From positions 190 to 64,189 of the forward strand of contig JBHEPI010000135.1 in the NCBI GenBank assembly GCA_046260345.1: a DNA stretch of 64,000 bases. Direction: 5' to 3'. Shown piece by piece: positions 9,723 through 19,294 of the stretch; within the stretch, counting starts at the first letter, position 1; the number at the start of each line of letters is the position of its first letter. Position numbers and translations under genes: made by a program. Under the pieces are notes generated by a model. The model was not told the DNA's origin. It did no database searches and saw only the letters and a list, made by a program, of their open reading frames with translations. Origin of the DNA: Marinobacter sp. Lineage in GTDB: Bacteria; Pseudomonadota; Gammaproteobacteria; Pseudomonadales; Oleiphilaceae.

Positions 9723-10325
9723 ATGGGTGAGGAAACTAGTGGCCCCAAGTACGATCCGAACCGGCGAACAAGCCCGGCGGCTTTTTTTCGCGGATTTCTG
9801 CAGAAACCGAGCCAGGTAGGCTCTATTATCCCCAGCTCACGATTCCTGGAGCAAAAAATTATCGAGGCATCGGGCCTCGCCTCCGCCAACAATGTGGTGG
9901 AACTTGGGCCCGGCACGGGCGGTACCACGCGAACATTTCTGCGACATATGGGGCGGGGTTCGCGGCTGCTTTCAATTGAGTTGAGCTCTTACTTCCACGA
10001 ACTGCTTGGCGAAATTACAGACCCGCGCTTCACCAACCACATGGGTAGCGCGGAGGATCTCGCCGAGATTCTGGCGTTAAACCGTATGGAGAAACCGGAT
10101 GTGGTCATCTCCGGCATACCCTTCTCGAAAATGCCGGAAGCGGTGGGTACACGAGTGGCGCAGGCGGTGAAAGACAACCTCGCCGAGGGCGGGCGCTTTA
10201 TTGCCTACCAGTTCCGTGGGGATGTCGCCCGGATTACCAACCCGGTCATGGGGGCACCTGCCAGCTGCACGCTGGAGATGCGGAACATTCCGCCGATGCG
10301 GGTTTATTGCTGGTACAAGACCTGA
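9723..10325 (+). CDS. Class I SAM methyltransferase, PmtA-like lipid N-methyltransferase family
   Basis: VGSIIPSS, VVELGPGTG, VISGIPF, FIAYQF, NIPP motifs. Confidence 0.8.
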   Translation: MGEETSGPKYDPNRRTSPAAFFRGFLQKPSQVGSIIPSSRFLEQKIIEASGLASANNVVELGPGTGGTTRTFLRHMGRGSRLLSIELSSYFHELLGEITDPRFTNHMGSAEDLAEILALNRMEKPDVVISGIPFSKMPEAVGTRVAQAVKDNLAEGGRFIAYQFRGDVARITNPVMGAPASCTLEMRNIPPMRVYCWYKT

Positions 10326-10408
10326 CGGCGGCCTTGTGAGGGCAATTTCGGGTTTCCTGTCGTGCTGGTTTCGCTGGTAGATCGGGAACGTCAGTGGTTC
10401 AGAGGGAT

Positions 10409-11383
10409 TCAGCTTTCGGCACTCAGGCAGGTCAGGGATAAATCCTTCTCCAGACGGTAGCTATCGAAATCCCGGGCCAGGAACAGTTTGCCCCGGTAAT
10501 GCTGCAGGGCCTCTGCCGCCAGTTGATTGATATGGGGAGTGCCGCCCGGCCCGAACTGATAGCGTGAGCTGATGTGGGTCAGCACCAGGCTGGGCAGGTG
10601 TACCTTTTGGGCAAACCGGGCCACCTGTTCGGCGGAGCTGTGTTGTGGCCAGGGGCCGACCCGGTCCGCGATGTCCTGGGTGTAGGTGGCTTCGTGGATA
10701 AGCACATGGCAGCCTTGACAGGCATCTTTCAGCAGTGCCGGATTGTCGTTGTCCCCGGCTACGATCAGACGGCGGGCGGCGCGGGGAATCTTTGTGTATT
10801 CTTCACTCCTGAGCAGGCGGCCGTCCTCCAGCATTACGTCATGGCCTTTCTGTAGCTCACCCCACCCGGGCCCGGGTTCCACGCCGTCGGCTGTCAGCTT
10901 GTCCTGCAGCAGTTGCCGCTCCAGATTCCTTTCATTGAACACGTAGGCGCGGCAGGAAACACGATGCGATAGCGCCACGGCAGTAACGGAAATGAGTTCA
11001 TCCTGCCAGTGGAACGCCGCTGTCTCGGAATCGATGAAGTTTACGGGATAGCTGAGGCTGGAGTCGGTGTTTTCGATCGCTGCATCAATCAAGCGGTGTA
11101 CCTGGACGGGCGCAATGACGTCCAGAGGTTCTGTGCGGCCGAGCATGGAGGCACTCGTCAGTAGCCCTGGAAGACCGAAGGTGTGGTCGCCGTGTATATG
11201 CGTGATAAATATGGCCCGCAACTGCATCACCGAATAGCGGGTGCGCAACAGTTGGTGCTGGGTCCCTTCGCCACAGTCTACCAGGTACCAGGGTTTGGGG
11301 CCGGTGTGGCACAGAGCCAGGCCGGTCACGTTACGCGACCGGGTCGGAGTGCCTGCAGATGTGCCCAGGAAGGTGAATTCCAT
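10409..11383 (-). CDS. rnz: Ribonuclease Z / BN (MBL fold)
   Basis: FLGTSAG.PT..RN, DCGEGTQ, THIHGDH, HEAT, HSS, THISSRY. Confidence 0.92.
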   Translation of the reverse strand: MEFTFLGTSAGTPTRSRNVTGLALCHTGPKPWYLVDCGEGTQHQLLRTRYSVMQLRAIFITHIHGDHTFGLPGLLTSASMLGRTEPLDVIAPVQVHRLIDAAIENTDSSLSYPVNFIDSETAAFHWQDELISVTAVALSHRVSCRAYVFNERNLERQLLQDKLTADGVEPGPGWGELQKGHDVMLEDGRLLRSEEYTKIPRAARRLIVAGDNDNPALLKDACQGCHVLIHEATYTQDIADRVGPWPQHSSAEQVARFAQKVHLPSLVLTHISSRYQFGPGGTPHINQLAAEALQHYRGKLFLARDFDSYRLEKDLSLTCLSAES

Positions 11384-11624
11384 CGTTCCCCGCTTTGCGA
11401 TCAGATCAGCCAGTAGGTCTTTTGGCTGAATAATGACCTCTGCGCCACTGTTTATCCAGTCTGGCCCGGCCCTTATATAGCTCGTGAACAGCGTCAGACT
11501 TTTTTACCACTTGCGGTTGCCCGAATGTTCCGATCGTATACTGCCCTCTACTTCCCTTGTATATTCAGGTTTCTGGAATGAATTTCGCTTCGGTAGATCA
11601 GGCTTTCAGGGAGGAGGTAGCACG

Positions 11625-13121
11625 GTGGTACAGGATAACGTTTACCCGATTATTTATGTCCGTGGATACGCGATGACGCCAGGAGAGGTGGCGGATGCAG
11701 TTGATAAGCCGCACATGGGATTCAACCTCGGGGCAACCCGCGCCAGGCAGTCATGGGATGGTAAGGTTCGCAAGCAGATCTTCGAGTCGCCCCTGGTCCG
11801 CTTGATGAAGGACTACGGTTATACCGATGCTTTCTCCGAGGGCGCGGAGCTGGATCGTCCCATCGGCCTGAAAACCGTTGTTATCTATCGCTATTACGAT
11901 CAGGCAGACAAGGAGTTCGGCGACGGAGATGCCCTTTCCATCATGGCGGCAGCCAGGCGGCTGGGAAAACTTGTCGAGAATGTCCGCAAGAACCTGGTGG
12001 ACAATCAGATCGTCAGCGACAGCGAGTTTCGGGTACATCTTGTTGCCCACTCCATGGGTGGTTTGATTGTCCGCTGTCTTCTGCAAAATGAAAGCGTTGC
12101 CAGTGCCGGAGTGCGGGCTTCCGTCGCCAGGGTGTTTACCTATGCAACACCGCACAATGGCATCGAAATGGTGGGCCTGAACGTGCCCGCCTTTCTGAGT
12201 TTCTGGGACATCAATAATTTTAACCGCAAGGTAATGGCCCAGTATCTTGGTATAAGCGACGCGTCCAGGCATGTTAATTCACTGGAGGGCAAGTTTGATC
12301 CGGATAATTTTTTCTGCCTGGTAGGTACCAATCACAGGGATTATGAAGCTGCGGGCGGGCTGTCGCGTCGATTGGCGGGTGAAATGAGTGATGGCTTGGT
12401 GGCCATAGCGAATGCGACTGTGAAGAGAGCTCCCCGCGCTTTTGTCTATCGCAGCCACAGTGGCCCCTACGGGATAGTGAATTCAGAAGAGGGCTACCAG
12501 AACCTGGTTCGCTTTCTGTTCGGGGATGTTCGCGTTGACGGCATTCTGGAGGTGGAAGAGCTTCCTCTTCCGAAGAAGGTACAAGAGGCGAGGGAGGCGG
12601 GTAAACAGATTCGCGCTTCCTACTACTTCGAATCTGTGGTTTCGCCGCGTGGGGCAGGTGATTACCGGCTTACCGAAAGGCGCAGAGAAACCTTCAGCGC
12701 GGTGCTGCGCAAGTTTGACGAGATGTTCAGGCCAAATGAGCTTGGCATCAGTGCCCCCCGGTCACCCGTCTTGTTTTCAACCTTCCTGGACAGCTCACGC
12801 ATAACGGTGGAACGGGGCCGCACTCTGGTCATGGCCGTAGAGCTGGCGGTTTCACCCACTGACTACCTGATTGATGGCAAGCTGTGGTTCGAGGACAGGA
12901 TACCTGGCGAGTACCTGTTCCGGGACACCATCGTGCTTCGGGTAACTCCCCAGACCGATGGGAGTTGGTCAGTCAGGTATGTACTTGCAGACGAGAACCA
13001 GGGTGACGGGGACGGCCGTAAAGCCGATCTCGACGGGGACAGCCATTCTATCCCCGTGTCCTCGCGAAAAGGTTTCAAGGCAAAGCTTGAACTGAAGTTG
13101 TCCCGGCGTGACCGGGGCTGA
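11625..13121 (+). CDS. Alpha/beta hydrolase (PGAP1-like esterase/lipase) with uncharacterised C-terminal domain
   Basis: AHSMGG nucleophile elbow, ATPHNG, SDGLV, RSHSG; GGAGG RBS before GTG 11625. Confidence 0.8.
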   Translation: MVQDNVYPIIYVRGYAMTPGEVADAVDKPHMGFNLGATRARQSWDGKVRKQIFESPLVRLMKDYGYTDAFSEGAELDRPIGLKTVVIYRYYDQADKEFGDGDALSIMAAARRLGKLVENVRKNLVDNQIVSDSEFRVHLVAHSMGGLIVRCLLQNESVASAGVRASVARVFTYATPHNGIEMVGLNVPAFLSFWDINNFNRKVMAQYLGISDASRHVNSLEGKFDPDNFFCLVGTNHRDYEAAGGLSRRLAGEMSDGLVAIANATVKRAPRAFVYRSHSGPYGIVNSEEGYQNLVRFLFGDVRVDGILEVEELPLPKKVQEAREAGKQIRASYYFESVVSPRGAGDYRLTERRRETFSAVLRKFDEMFRPNELGISAPRSPVLFSTFLDSSRITVERGRTLVMAVELAVSPTDYLIDGKLWFEDRIPGEYLFRDTIVLRVTPQTDGSWSVRYVLADENQGDGDGRKADLDGDSHSIPVSSRKGFKAKLELKLSRRDRG

Positions 13122-13147
13122 GGCCTTCCCCGGCCAGTGATACCGCT

Positions 13148-14581
13148 TTATATCTGCTTGTGCACAACCTCGGACAGCCGGCTCCGATTGCCGTCGGTAT
13201 CAAGGGTGCGGATGGCGAAGTACCAGTTGCCTTCTGTAAGCTCATCCACCAGCAGTTCGTCGATCGAGGCATCACCAATGGCGAGGTTCCGGTCCAGGGT
13301 TTCTTCGCTTTTACCGTAGACCACCTCAAAGCCGGCGATTTCACCCATGGACAGGCTTTCGCCATTTTCACGGGTGAGCGGTGCAGTCCAGCTCAGTAGT
13401 GCAGTGTTGGCTGGAATGATGTCTTCAGGAGAAGTTTCCGTTGCCGGTGGCTCGCTGGCTTCAGTTTCCGTGTCGGCGACGGTGTCTCCGGTGTTGCCGT
13501 CGACAGTTGTGGTATCTTCGGTCTCATCAGCCAGTTCGGTGTCGCCGGTGTTGTCACCCGTCGTATCCTCTGTGGGGTCGGAAGCTGTGCTGTCTGTGTC
13601 TGCCAGGCTGGTATCGCTGTCTTGGTAAACGTCTGCAAGGGTCTTGAAACGTTGCACGTTGCGGTGCTCAACCACCGCAAGTCGCTGGCTGATGATGCTC
13701 GAATCGACGGTGGCCTGAAGTTCGGACGCCTGCACCGCTGCCGCGGTAACGAGATCTGCCAGAGCTATGTTCACTCCATCCCCCATCAGGCTGATCCGCC
13801 CGGTTTCACTTGCCTGCATGGCCAGGTTATTCAATACATCGGAAATGGTGTCCCATTGGGCATTGTCGTTCACCAGTGCGAGGAAAGCGGCATTGGCAAT
13901 AGCAACATGCAAGGCGTCTGCAGACACACTGCCGGATTCATCCAGCCGGGTCAGGTCCGGTGGGGCCAGTCGCAGGGAGCCGGCTGTCAGGCCAAACCAG
14001 TCCTCTACCGTTTCATAGGCTTTGGAGATAGCTTTGGGAGAAAGCCCGTTGGGGGTGCGTTCAGCGAGGTTTACGGCCAGGTGGGTCAGCGGGGTCAGGT
14101 TGACGGTTTCCATTTGTAGGTCGCCTGCGCCGCGCAGCCTGAAACTACTGTCCAGCCCCATTGGGTGGCCGAAGGCAATCGGCTCGGCGTCCCTCTGTAT
14201 GCATTGGGGGACCACGTCGCAAATCATGCGGGTGTTCCCGTCTGCCCGAAGCTCTACCAGGGCCCAGCTATCTGCCTTCCCGCGCAGCTGCCACGTGTAA
14301 CTACCGTTGTCGTCGGTCAATACCGGCTTTGCAGCCTGTCTTTGTGGGGTGTAGTTGCCGTCTTTGTCGGCAGTCAGTCGGTTGGCTGTTACCAGCCCCT
14401 GTTGAATCACCCCTTTCATGGCAGCGCCGGCAATCTCAACGGTCGGCTCATTTGGGCCCTCAGACTGCGCCACTGTGCTGTTGTCGTTGGAAGTAATGTC
14501 CAGACCGCAGCCCGAGAGCAGGGTCACCGCAGAAATCATCAGCAGTCCAAGCTTCGATATTTTATGGCCGCAATATGACAT
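13148..14581 (-). CDS. Lipoprotein with acidic Thr/Asp-rich linker and C-terminal fibronectin type III domain
   Basis: LLSGC lipobox; LSWTAP..RENG, G.WYFAIRT.D..G..S..S FN3 motifs. Confidence 0.82.
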   Translation of the reverse strand: MSYCGHKISKLGLLMISAVTLLSGCGLDITSNDNSTVAQSEGPNEPTVEIAGAAMKGVIQQGLVTANRLTADKDGNYTPQRQAAKPVLTDDNGSYTWQLRGKADSWALVELRADGNTRMICDVVPQCIQRDAEPIAFGHPMGLDSSFRLRGAGDLQMETVNLTPLTHLAVNLAERTPNGLSPKAISKAYETVEDWFGLTAGSLRLAPPDLTRLDESGSVSADALHVAIANAAFLALVNDNAQWDTISDVLNNLAMQASETGRISLMGDGVNIALADLVTAAAVQASELQATVDSSIISQRLAVVEHRNVQRFKTLADVYQDSDTSLADTDSTASDPTEDTTGDNTGDTELADETEDTTTVDGNTGDTVADTETEASEPPATETSPEDIIPANTALLSWTAPLTRENGESLSMGEIAGFEVVYGKSEETLDRNLAIGDASIDELLVDELTEGNWYFAIRTLDTDGNRSRLSEVVHKQI

Positions 14582-14941
14582 TTTTTGCACCAATTTTTTG
14601 ACGAATTTGAGCAAATCATACAGTGGCGGTTTTGGGTTATATGAGGTCTGGATCTGGTTTTAAAGACAGGTTTCGTCAGTAAACTGGCGTTTACGGAAGG
14701 AAACATGTTGAGATAGAAACTTACGTGCTTCGTACTCTCGGTACGCTTTTTAATCTATTGTTTTTATAGGGTTTATTGGATCTGTGGTGAGTGGTGGCCA
14801 GGTGCCCGGACGGTGCAATAGCGAAGAGGAATTACAAATTTATACACGCCTGAAAAGCTGACAGAGACAAAAACTCCTGTATCGCTGGCGTCCGCCTTCC
14901 CAGGAGAGGGGCGAGGGTCAGTTGGGGTTGTCGCCTGGCCG

Positions 14942-15475
14942 TCACCGGTTGGTGGCGTAGTAGTTGGGTATGCCGGCACGCTGCCATTGCTCGAATGGTA
15001 TGAATCTCCCCGGCCAGGCAATGGCCTTGAAGGGCCAGTCAGTGCTTATCCAGTCAATAACCTCATCTTCTATCAGTTGCGCACGCTCTGCATCAAGGTC
15101 AATGTGCGTCCATAGATAGGCTTCGGCATCGTGTCTGATGCTGGCTGAAGGGTAGAGGTACAGGCACCCTAGGCACCGTTGCTGATCGTGACTCAGCAGG
15201 TGATAGGCGAATGAGCGGCGGGTTTCGAATTCCCGGGCATGCCATGCAAGGTCAGCTTCATCCATTTCCAGGTTTAGATTCTCCGGTGGCCATGGGTCCT
15301 CTGGCCCGAAGAAGTGCCGAAGCTTGTCTTGGCTTTCGATAACAGCCGCATAGTCCAGTTCAACCCACTCCGGGCCGGCAGGAACCAGCAGAGCCCGCAT
15401 GCCCCGCCACTGTGTCGGCACAGCAAAACCATCAATGGGTAGCGAGTGAAAGTCCTTTTCTGAACTAGGCCGCAT
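14942..15475 (-). CDS. GNAT-like N-acetyltransferase family protein
   Basis: DYAAV, WP, DL.WH..EF..R.SFAY, GCLYLYP, WPF pattern; start overlaps the ATPase stop. Confidence 0.6.
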   Translation of the reverse strand: MRPSSEKDFHSLPIDGFAVPTQWRGMRALLVPAGPEWVELDYAAVIESQDKLRHFFGPEDPWPPENLNLEMDEADLAWHAREFETRRSFAYHLLSHDQQRCLGCLYLYPSASIRHDAEAYLWTHIDLDAERAQLIEDEVIDWISTDWPFKAIAWPGRFIPFEQWQRAGIPNYYATNR

Positions 15476-16256
15476 CGCGCCCTTCGTCTCGCATCAGCCG
15501 GCGAATATGAATCTCCAGTCGCCGATAGTCGTCGGATTGCAGGAATGCCTCACGGTCGTTCTGTGGCAGCCCGGCTTTGAAATCGGTGTAAATGGTTTCC
15601 TTCAGCCGCCCCGGGTGGCGGGACAGGAAGAAAACAACGTCGCCCAGGTACAGTGCTTCTTCGATATCATGAGATACGGCCATGACGGTGGTGCGCTCCT
15701 TGCGAACCACGTTCAACAGAAGGTCCTGCATCTGCCAACGGGTTTCCGGGTCCAGGGCGCCGAAAGGTTCGTCCATGAGGAGCAAGTCCGGATAATTGGC
15801 GAGGGTTCGCGCAATGGCCACTCGCTGTCGCATGCCTCCGGAAAGCTGATGGGGGTAGGCGTCTGCGAATTTTTCCAGGCCAACAGCGCGGATGAAGTGA
15901 TCAACGGAGCCTTCGTTGAGCGCGCTGCTGTCACCATTGATTTTGAGGCCATAGGCGACGTTGTCGCGCACGGTCAGCCACGGAAACGAGGTGTAGTCCT
16001 GAAACACCATGCCCCGGTCACGGCCAGGCTGATCGACCGCCCGGCCATTGAGGCTGATGTCGCCCTCCGAGGGTTTCTCCAGTCCGGCCACCATGCGCAA
16101 CAGGGTGGATTTGCCGCAGCCGGAGGGGCCGAGCAAAACACCCACCTTGCCTGCGGGCAGTGACAGCGAAATGTCATCCAGCGCCAGAATGGTGCGACCA
16201 CCAGACCGGAAGGTTTTGCTGATGCCGGACACCGAGAGACCCTTGGTGGAAAGCAT
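15465..16256 (-). CDS. NitT/TauT-family ABC transporter ATP-binding protein
   Basis: GPSGCGKST, LSGGMRQR, LLMDEPFGALD. Confidence 0.95.
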   Translation of the reverse strand: MLSTKGLSVSGISKTFRSGGRTILALDDISLSLPAGKVGVLLGPSGCGKSTLLRMVAGLEKPSEGDISLNGRAVDQPGRDRGMVFQDYTSFPWLTVRDNVAYGLKINGDSSALNEGSVDHFIRAVGLEKFADAYPHQLSGGMRQRVAIARTLANYPDLLLMDEPFGALDPETRWQMQDLLLNVVRKERTTVMAVSHDIEEALYLGDVVFFLSRHPGRLKETIYTDFKAGLPQNDREAFLQSDDYRRLEIHIRRLMRDEGRDAA

Positions 16257-16270
16257 GGCGATGACTCCTT

Positions 16271-17305
16271 TTACTGACCGGACTCAAGGATGGTTTTCAG
16301 CGGTGTCATATCCACCCCTGCTTCCATCGGATGACGTTGCTCAATGAGTCCGAATTTTAGCCACCAGTCGGTAACCGTTTCCCAGTTTTCCGTAACCTGG
16401 CCATTGGGCAGGCCCAGGGGCAGCTCACCGGGCACCAGGCCCATATATTTCGCAGCCTGAGTCTTGTCGAATATCCAGATGCCGCCCTTGTGGATTTCAC
16501 CAGTTGAGCCGATGACTTTTTCAACATCAGACACCGGAAATCTCAGCGCCTTGGCAATGATTTCGTTGGCCTCGGCGGGGTTTTCCTTCCAGAAGTCCAC
16601 GGCATCGAAGTAGGCCTGCATCGTCTTGGCAGCGATTTCAGGCTTGTTTTCCAGAAACGTGTCACTCATGTACATGGCATCACCCAGCAGGGCCGTTTCA
16701 ATCCAGCCGGGCTCTTCCGAGGAGGCGGCAACAGTGGAACCAGGCAGTGCGTCCAGCGCCTGGGAGCCAAACGGTTCCCAGAATTCAGCGGCGCTGACAT
16801 CACCACCAACCAGTGCACCCACGGCATCGTCCATAATCAGGTTGGTGAATTCGACTTCGTCGATGCCAACACCGTTTTCTTCCAGCCATATGCCCATGAA
16901 AATCTGGGTCAGGCCGCCTTCGAGTACTGCGACGGATTCGCCCCGGAGGTCCTCAGCGCTCTCGATTCCGGGCGCAAGCACGATTTTGTCAGTGCCATAG
17001 GACGGATTGGTATAGGTGACCATCTTGATCGGGACGCCTTTGTCTGCCGCGATCGGAGCGTATTCTGCGGTGCTGGACGTGACATCCAGTGCATCTGCAG
17101 ACATCAGTGCGAAACTCTCGTAAGGGTCTTCGATAATGGTGATTTCAAAGTCGAGATCCGGTGCCAGGTTTTTTTCCTGAGCGATAAACCAGAAACCATA
17201 GCCCGGCCATGAAAACAGCGACAGGCGCACCGTTTCTGCCGACAGGGCATTTCCCGAAATCAGGGCAAGCATAGCTATACAGAGACCACGTTTAAGCCAG
17301 TCCAT
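16271..17305 (-). CDS. NitT/TauT-family (SsuA/NMT1-like) ABC substrate-binding protein
   Basis: Signal peptide, WPGYG, S.G.D, EDLRG..VAV, WEPF. Confidence 0.9.
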   Translation of the reverse strand: MDWLKRGLCIAMLALISGNALSAETVRLSLFSWPGYGFWFIAQEKNLAPDLDFEITIIEDPYESFALMSADALDVTSSTAEYAPIAADKGVPIKMVTYTNPSYGTDKIVLAPGIESAEDLRGESVAVLEGGLTQIFMGIWLEENGVGIDEVEFTNLIMDDAVGALVGGDVSAAEFWEPFGSQALDALPGSTVAASSEEPGWIETALLGDAMYMSDTFLENKPEIAAKTMQAYFDAVDFWKENPAEANEIIAKALRFPVSDVEKVIGSTGEIHKGGIWIFDKTQAAKYMGLVPGELPLGLPNGQVTENWETVTDWWLKFGLIEQRHPMEAGVDMTPLKTILESGQ

Positions 17306-17353
17306 TTTGTATTACCTCTTGGGTTGGAAAATACATCTGGTCGAGCGCCCTCA

Positions 17354-18229
17354 TCAGGAGTGCCCTCGGCCGAGATAGGGAAAGCATTTGCGGTAAACCA
17401 GCCTGAACAGAACGTCGAACAGTAGGCCGAGTACGCCGATGGTGACGATGCCCGCCATGATGTCGTCTACATGCACAAAGCGTTTGGCCCGCATCATCAT
17501 GGCCCCGATGCCGTCGGTTGCGGCGACAATTTCAGCGATCACCAGGTAAGTCCAGCTTACTGCCAGCATCTGCCGGCAGGTATCCACATAACCGGGGAGT
17601 GAGTGACGAAAGAGCACAGTCCACAGAATAATGCGGCGCCCGCCACCCAGCGTTTTAGCGGTTTCGATCAATACCTTTGGCGTTTGTCGGGTGACATCGG
17701 CAAGCATGATGACCAGGAAGAACACCACGCCCATCAATAGCAGCGTTATCTTCTGGGTATCTCCGGTGCCCAGCCACATCAGCAGCAGCGGAATAAAGGC
17801 CGGCGCCGGCAGATAACGCCAGGCACCAAGCAGCGGATTGAGCACACCGTCTACCCGGGCAAACGAACCCATCAACAGCCCAATAGGCAGAGCGATCAGG
17901 ATAGCGATGCCAAAGCTGATCACGATACGGGTGACACTCGATATCACGTCGCTGAAAAAGTCTTTCTCGAGGAATAACTCCTGCAGTGAACTGAAAACAG
18001 CCATGGGTCCGGGATACAGGCGATCCGGCGCCAGGCCCATCTGCGAGGTAATCTGCCAGAGCAGAAGAAAGGCAATCCAGCCCATGGCGCCCAGGACCAG
18101 ACGCTGAATACCCGGAATCGACTGATTGAAATCGAACCAGTAATCCGACCGTTTCTGCGCCTTATTAGCAGTGGCTTTTTCCGTGGCCATCGCTTGTGGT
18201 GTCGCTTTGTCCGAGAGCTTTGCGGTCAT
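17354..18229 (-). CDS. NitT/TauT-family ABC transporter permease
   Basis: Six TM helices, RYLPAPAFIPL, EAA-like ETAKTLGG, WTYLVIAE. Confidence 0.93.
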   Translation of the reverse strand: MTAKLSDKATPQAMATEKATANKAQKRSDYWFDFNQSIPGIQRLVLGAMGWIAFLLLWQITSQMGLAPDRLYPGPMAVFSSLQELFLEKDFFSDVISSVTRIVISFGIAILIALPIGLLMGSFARVDGVLNPLLGAWRYLPAPAFIPLLLMWLGTGDTQKITLLLMGVVFFLVIMLADVTRQTPKVLIETAKTLGGGRRIILWTVLFRHSLPGYVDTCRQMLAVSWTYLVIAEIVAATDGIGAMMMRAKRFVHVDDIMAGIVTIGVLGLLFDVLFRLVYRKCFPYLGRGHS

Positions 18230-18239
18230 TGGTTTAACC

Positions 18240-19256
18240 TCAGAAAGCCGTCAGGAAGCTGAGCCCGTAAACCGGAACGGCTTTGCCATCATGCAATGCT
18301 TCGGGTACCTCAACCTGCCCGTAGGTTTCTGCGTAGATGCCGTCGAGACGGTTGCGGTGATAGCTCCTGAGCTGTCCTTTCATGCCGACAGTGCGGGTGT
18401 AGGCGTTGCCAAACAGTTCGTTATGCAGCGCCGGCAGTTTGTACCAGGGCATCGTGGGCTTGGCATGGTGCGCATTGTGGTAGCAGAAATTGAGCACCAG
18501 TAGATTCAGGACGGGCCAGCGGCGTGAAATCAGATTGCTGTAGGTGTTGTCCTGTTCGTATTCGCGGTCGCCTTTCCGGGGCAATTCCGCGTCCGGGGCT
18601 TTCAGGTTGACCACGATTTCATAGTTGTGCTGATAGGCATCAAAGAATCGCAGCACCATGAGCATCAGCAGATAGGCGAGGGCGTACAACAGAACGGCTT
18701 TCATACTCCAGATAGCCAGCGCCACGAGCACCGCTACACGGGTCAGCAGAACAGCTACAAGGCGTTTTCTCAGCGAGCTTGTGCCAATGCGCGTAAAAGG
18801 TGCCACCATCAGCACGGCGTGCATCAGAATGTCGACGGCCGGGATGTAGCACCACTCCAGGGCAAAAACGATTTTTTCGGTTCCGGGATGGGCCTTCAGC
18901 CATTCGCGGTAATCGAATGAAATCGGATCGGCGTTGTCCACATGATGTCGCATGTGCTTGTACCGCAGATCTTCGTAGGTGCCATAGCTGCCACCCGTTA
19001 TCCAGTTAAGCAGTCTGCCCAGGCGGGTATTGTGTTCGGTCTTTTTAAAGATGGCATTGTGGGCGCAGTCATGCACAAGGTAAGCAGCGATTACCATGCC
19101 GTGGGCGCAGGCGAGCACGCCGAATGCCGGCAGTAAAAATCCCGGCTGGGCCATCAATAGCCAGCCGCCAATGTATGTCGTGAGAATGTAGGCCAGGACA
19201 AGCGTCAGCGGCCATACACCGTCCGAATGGCGAAGATGCTGAGTAATGTTGGGCAT
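18240..19256 (-). CDS. Membrane di-iron fatty-acid-desaturase-superfamily enzyme
   Basis: Three His boxes HDCAH, HMRHH, HNAHH plus TM segments; AGGAG RBS before ATG 19256. Confidence 0.9.
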   Translation of the reverse strand: MPNITQHLRHSDGVWPLTLVLAYILTTYIGGWLLMAQPGFLLPAFGVLACAHGMVIAAYLVHDCAHNAIFKKTEHNTRLGRLLNWITGGSYGTYEDLRYKHMRHHVDNADPISFDYREWLKAHPGTEKIVFALEWCYIPAVDILMHAVLMVAPFTRIGTSSLRKRLVAVLLTRVAVLVALAIWSMKAVLLYALAYLLMLMVLRFFDAYQHNYEIVVNLKAPDAELPRKGDREYEQDNTYSNLISRRWPVLNLLVLNFCYHNAHHAKPTMPWYKLPALHNELFGNAYTRTVGMKGQLRSYHRNRLDGIYAETYGQVEVPEALHDGKAVPVYGLSFLTAF

Positions 19257-19294
19257 GGTCCTGTTGTCTCCTGTAGATTCTGGACGATAAAGCG

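Noticed and set aside
14615-14941. Possible riboswitch or ribozyme upstream of the FN3 lipoprotein
   Set aside because: No c-di-GMP or hammerhead consensus could be completed by eye; an Rfam scan would be needed.
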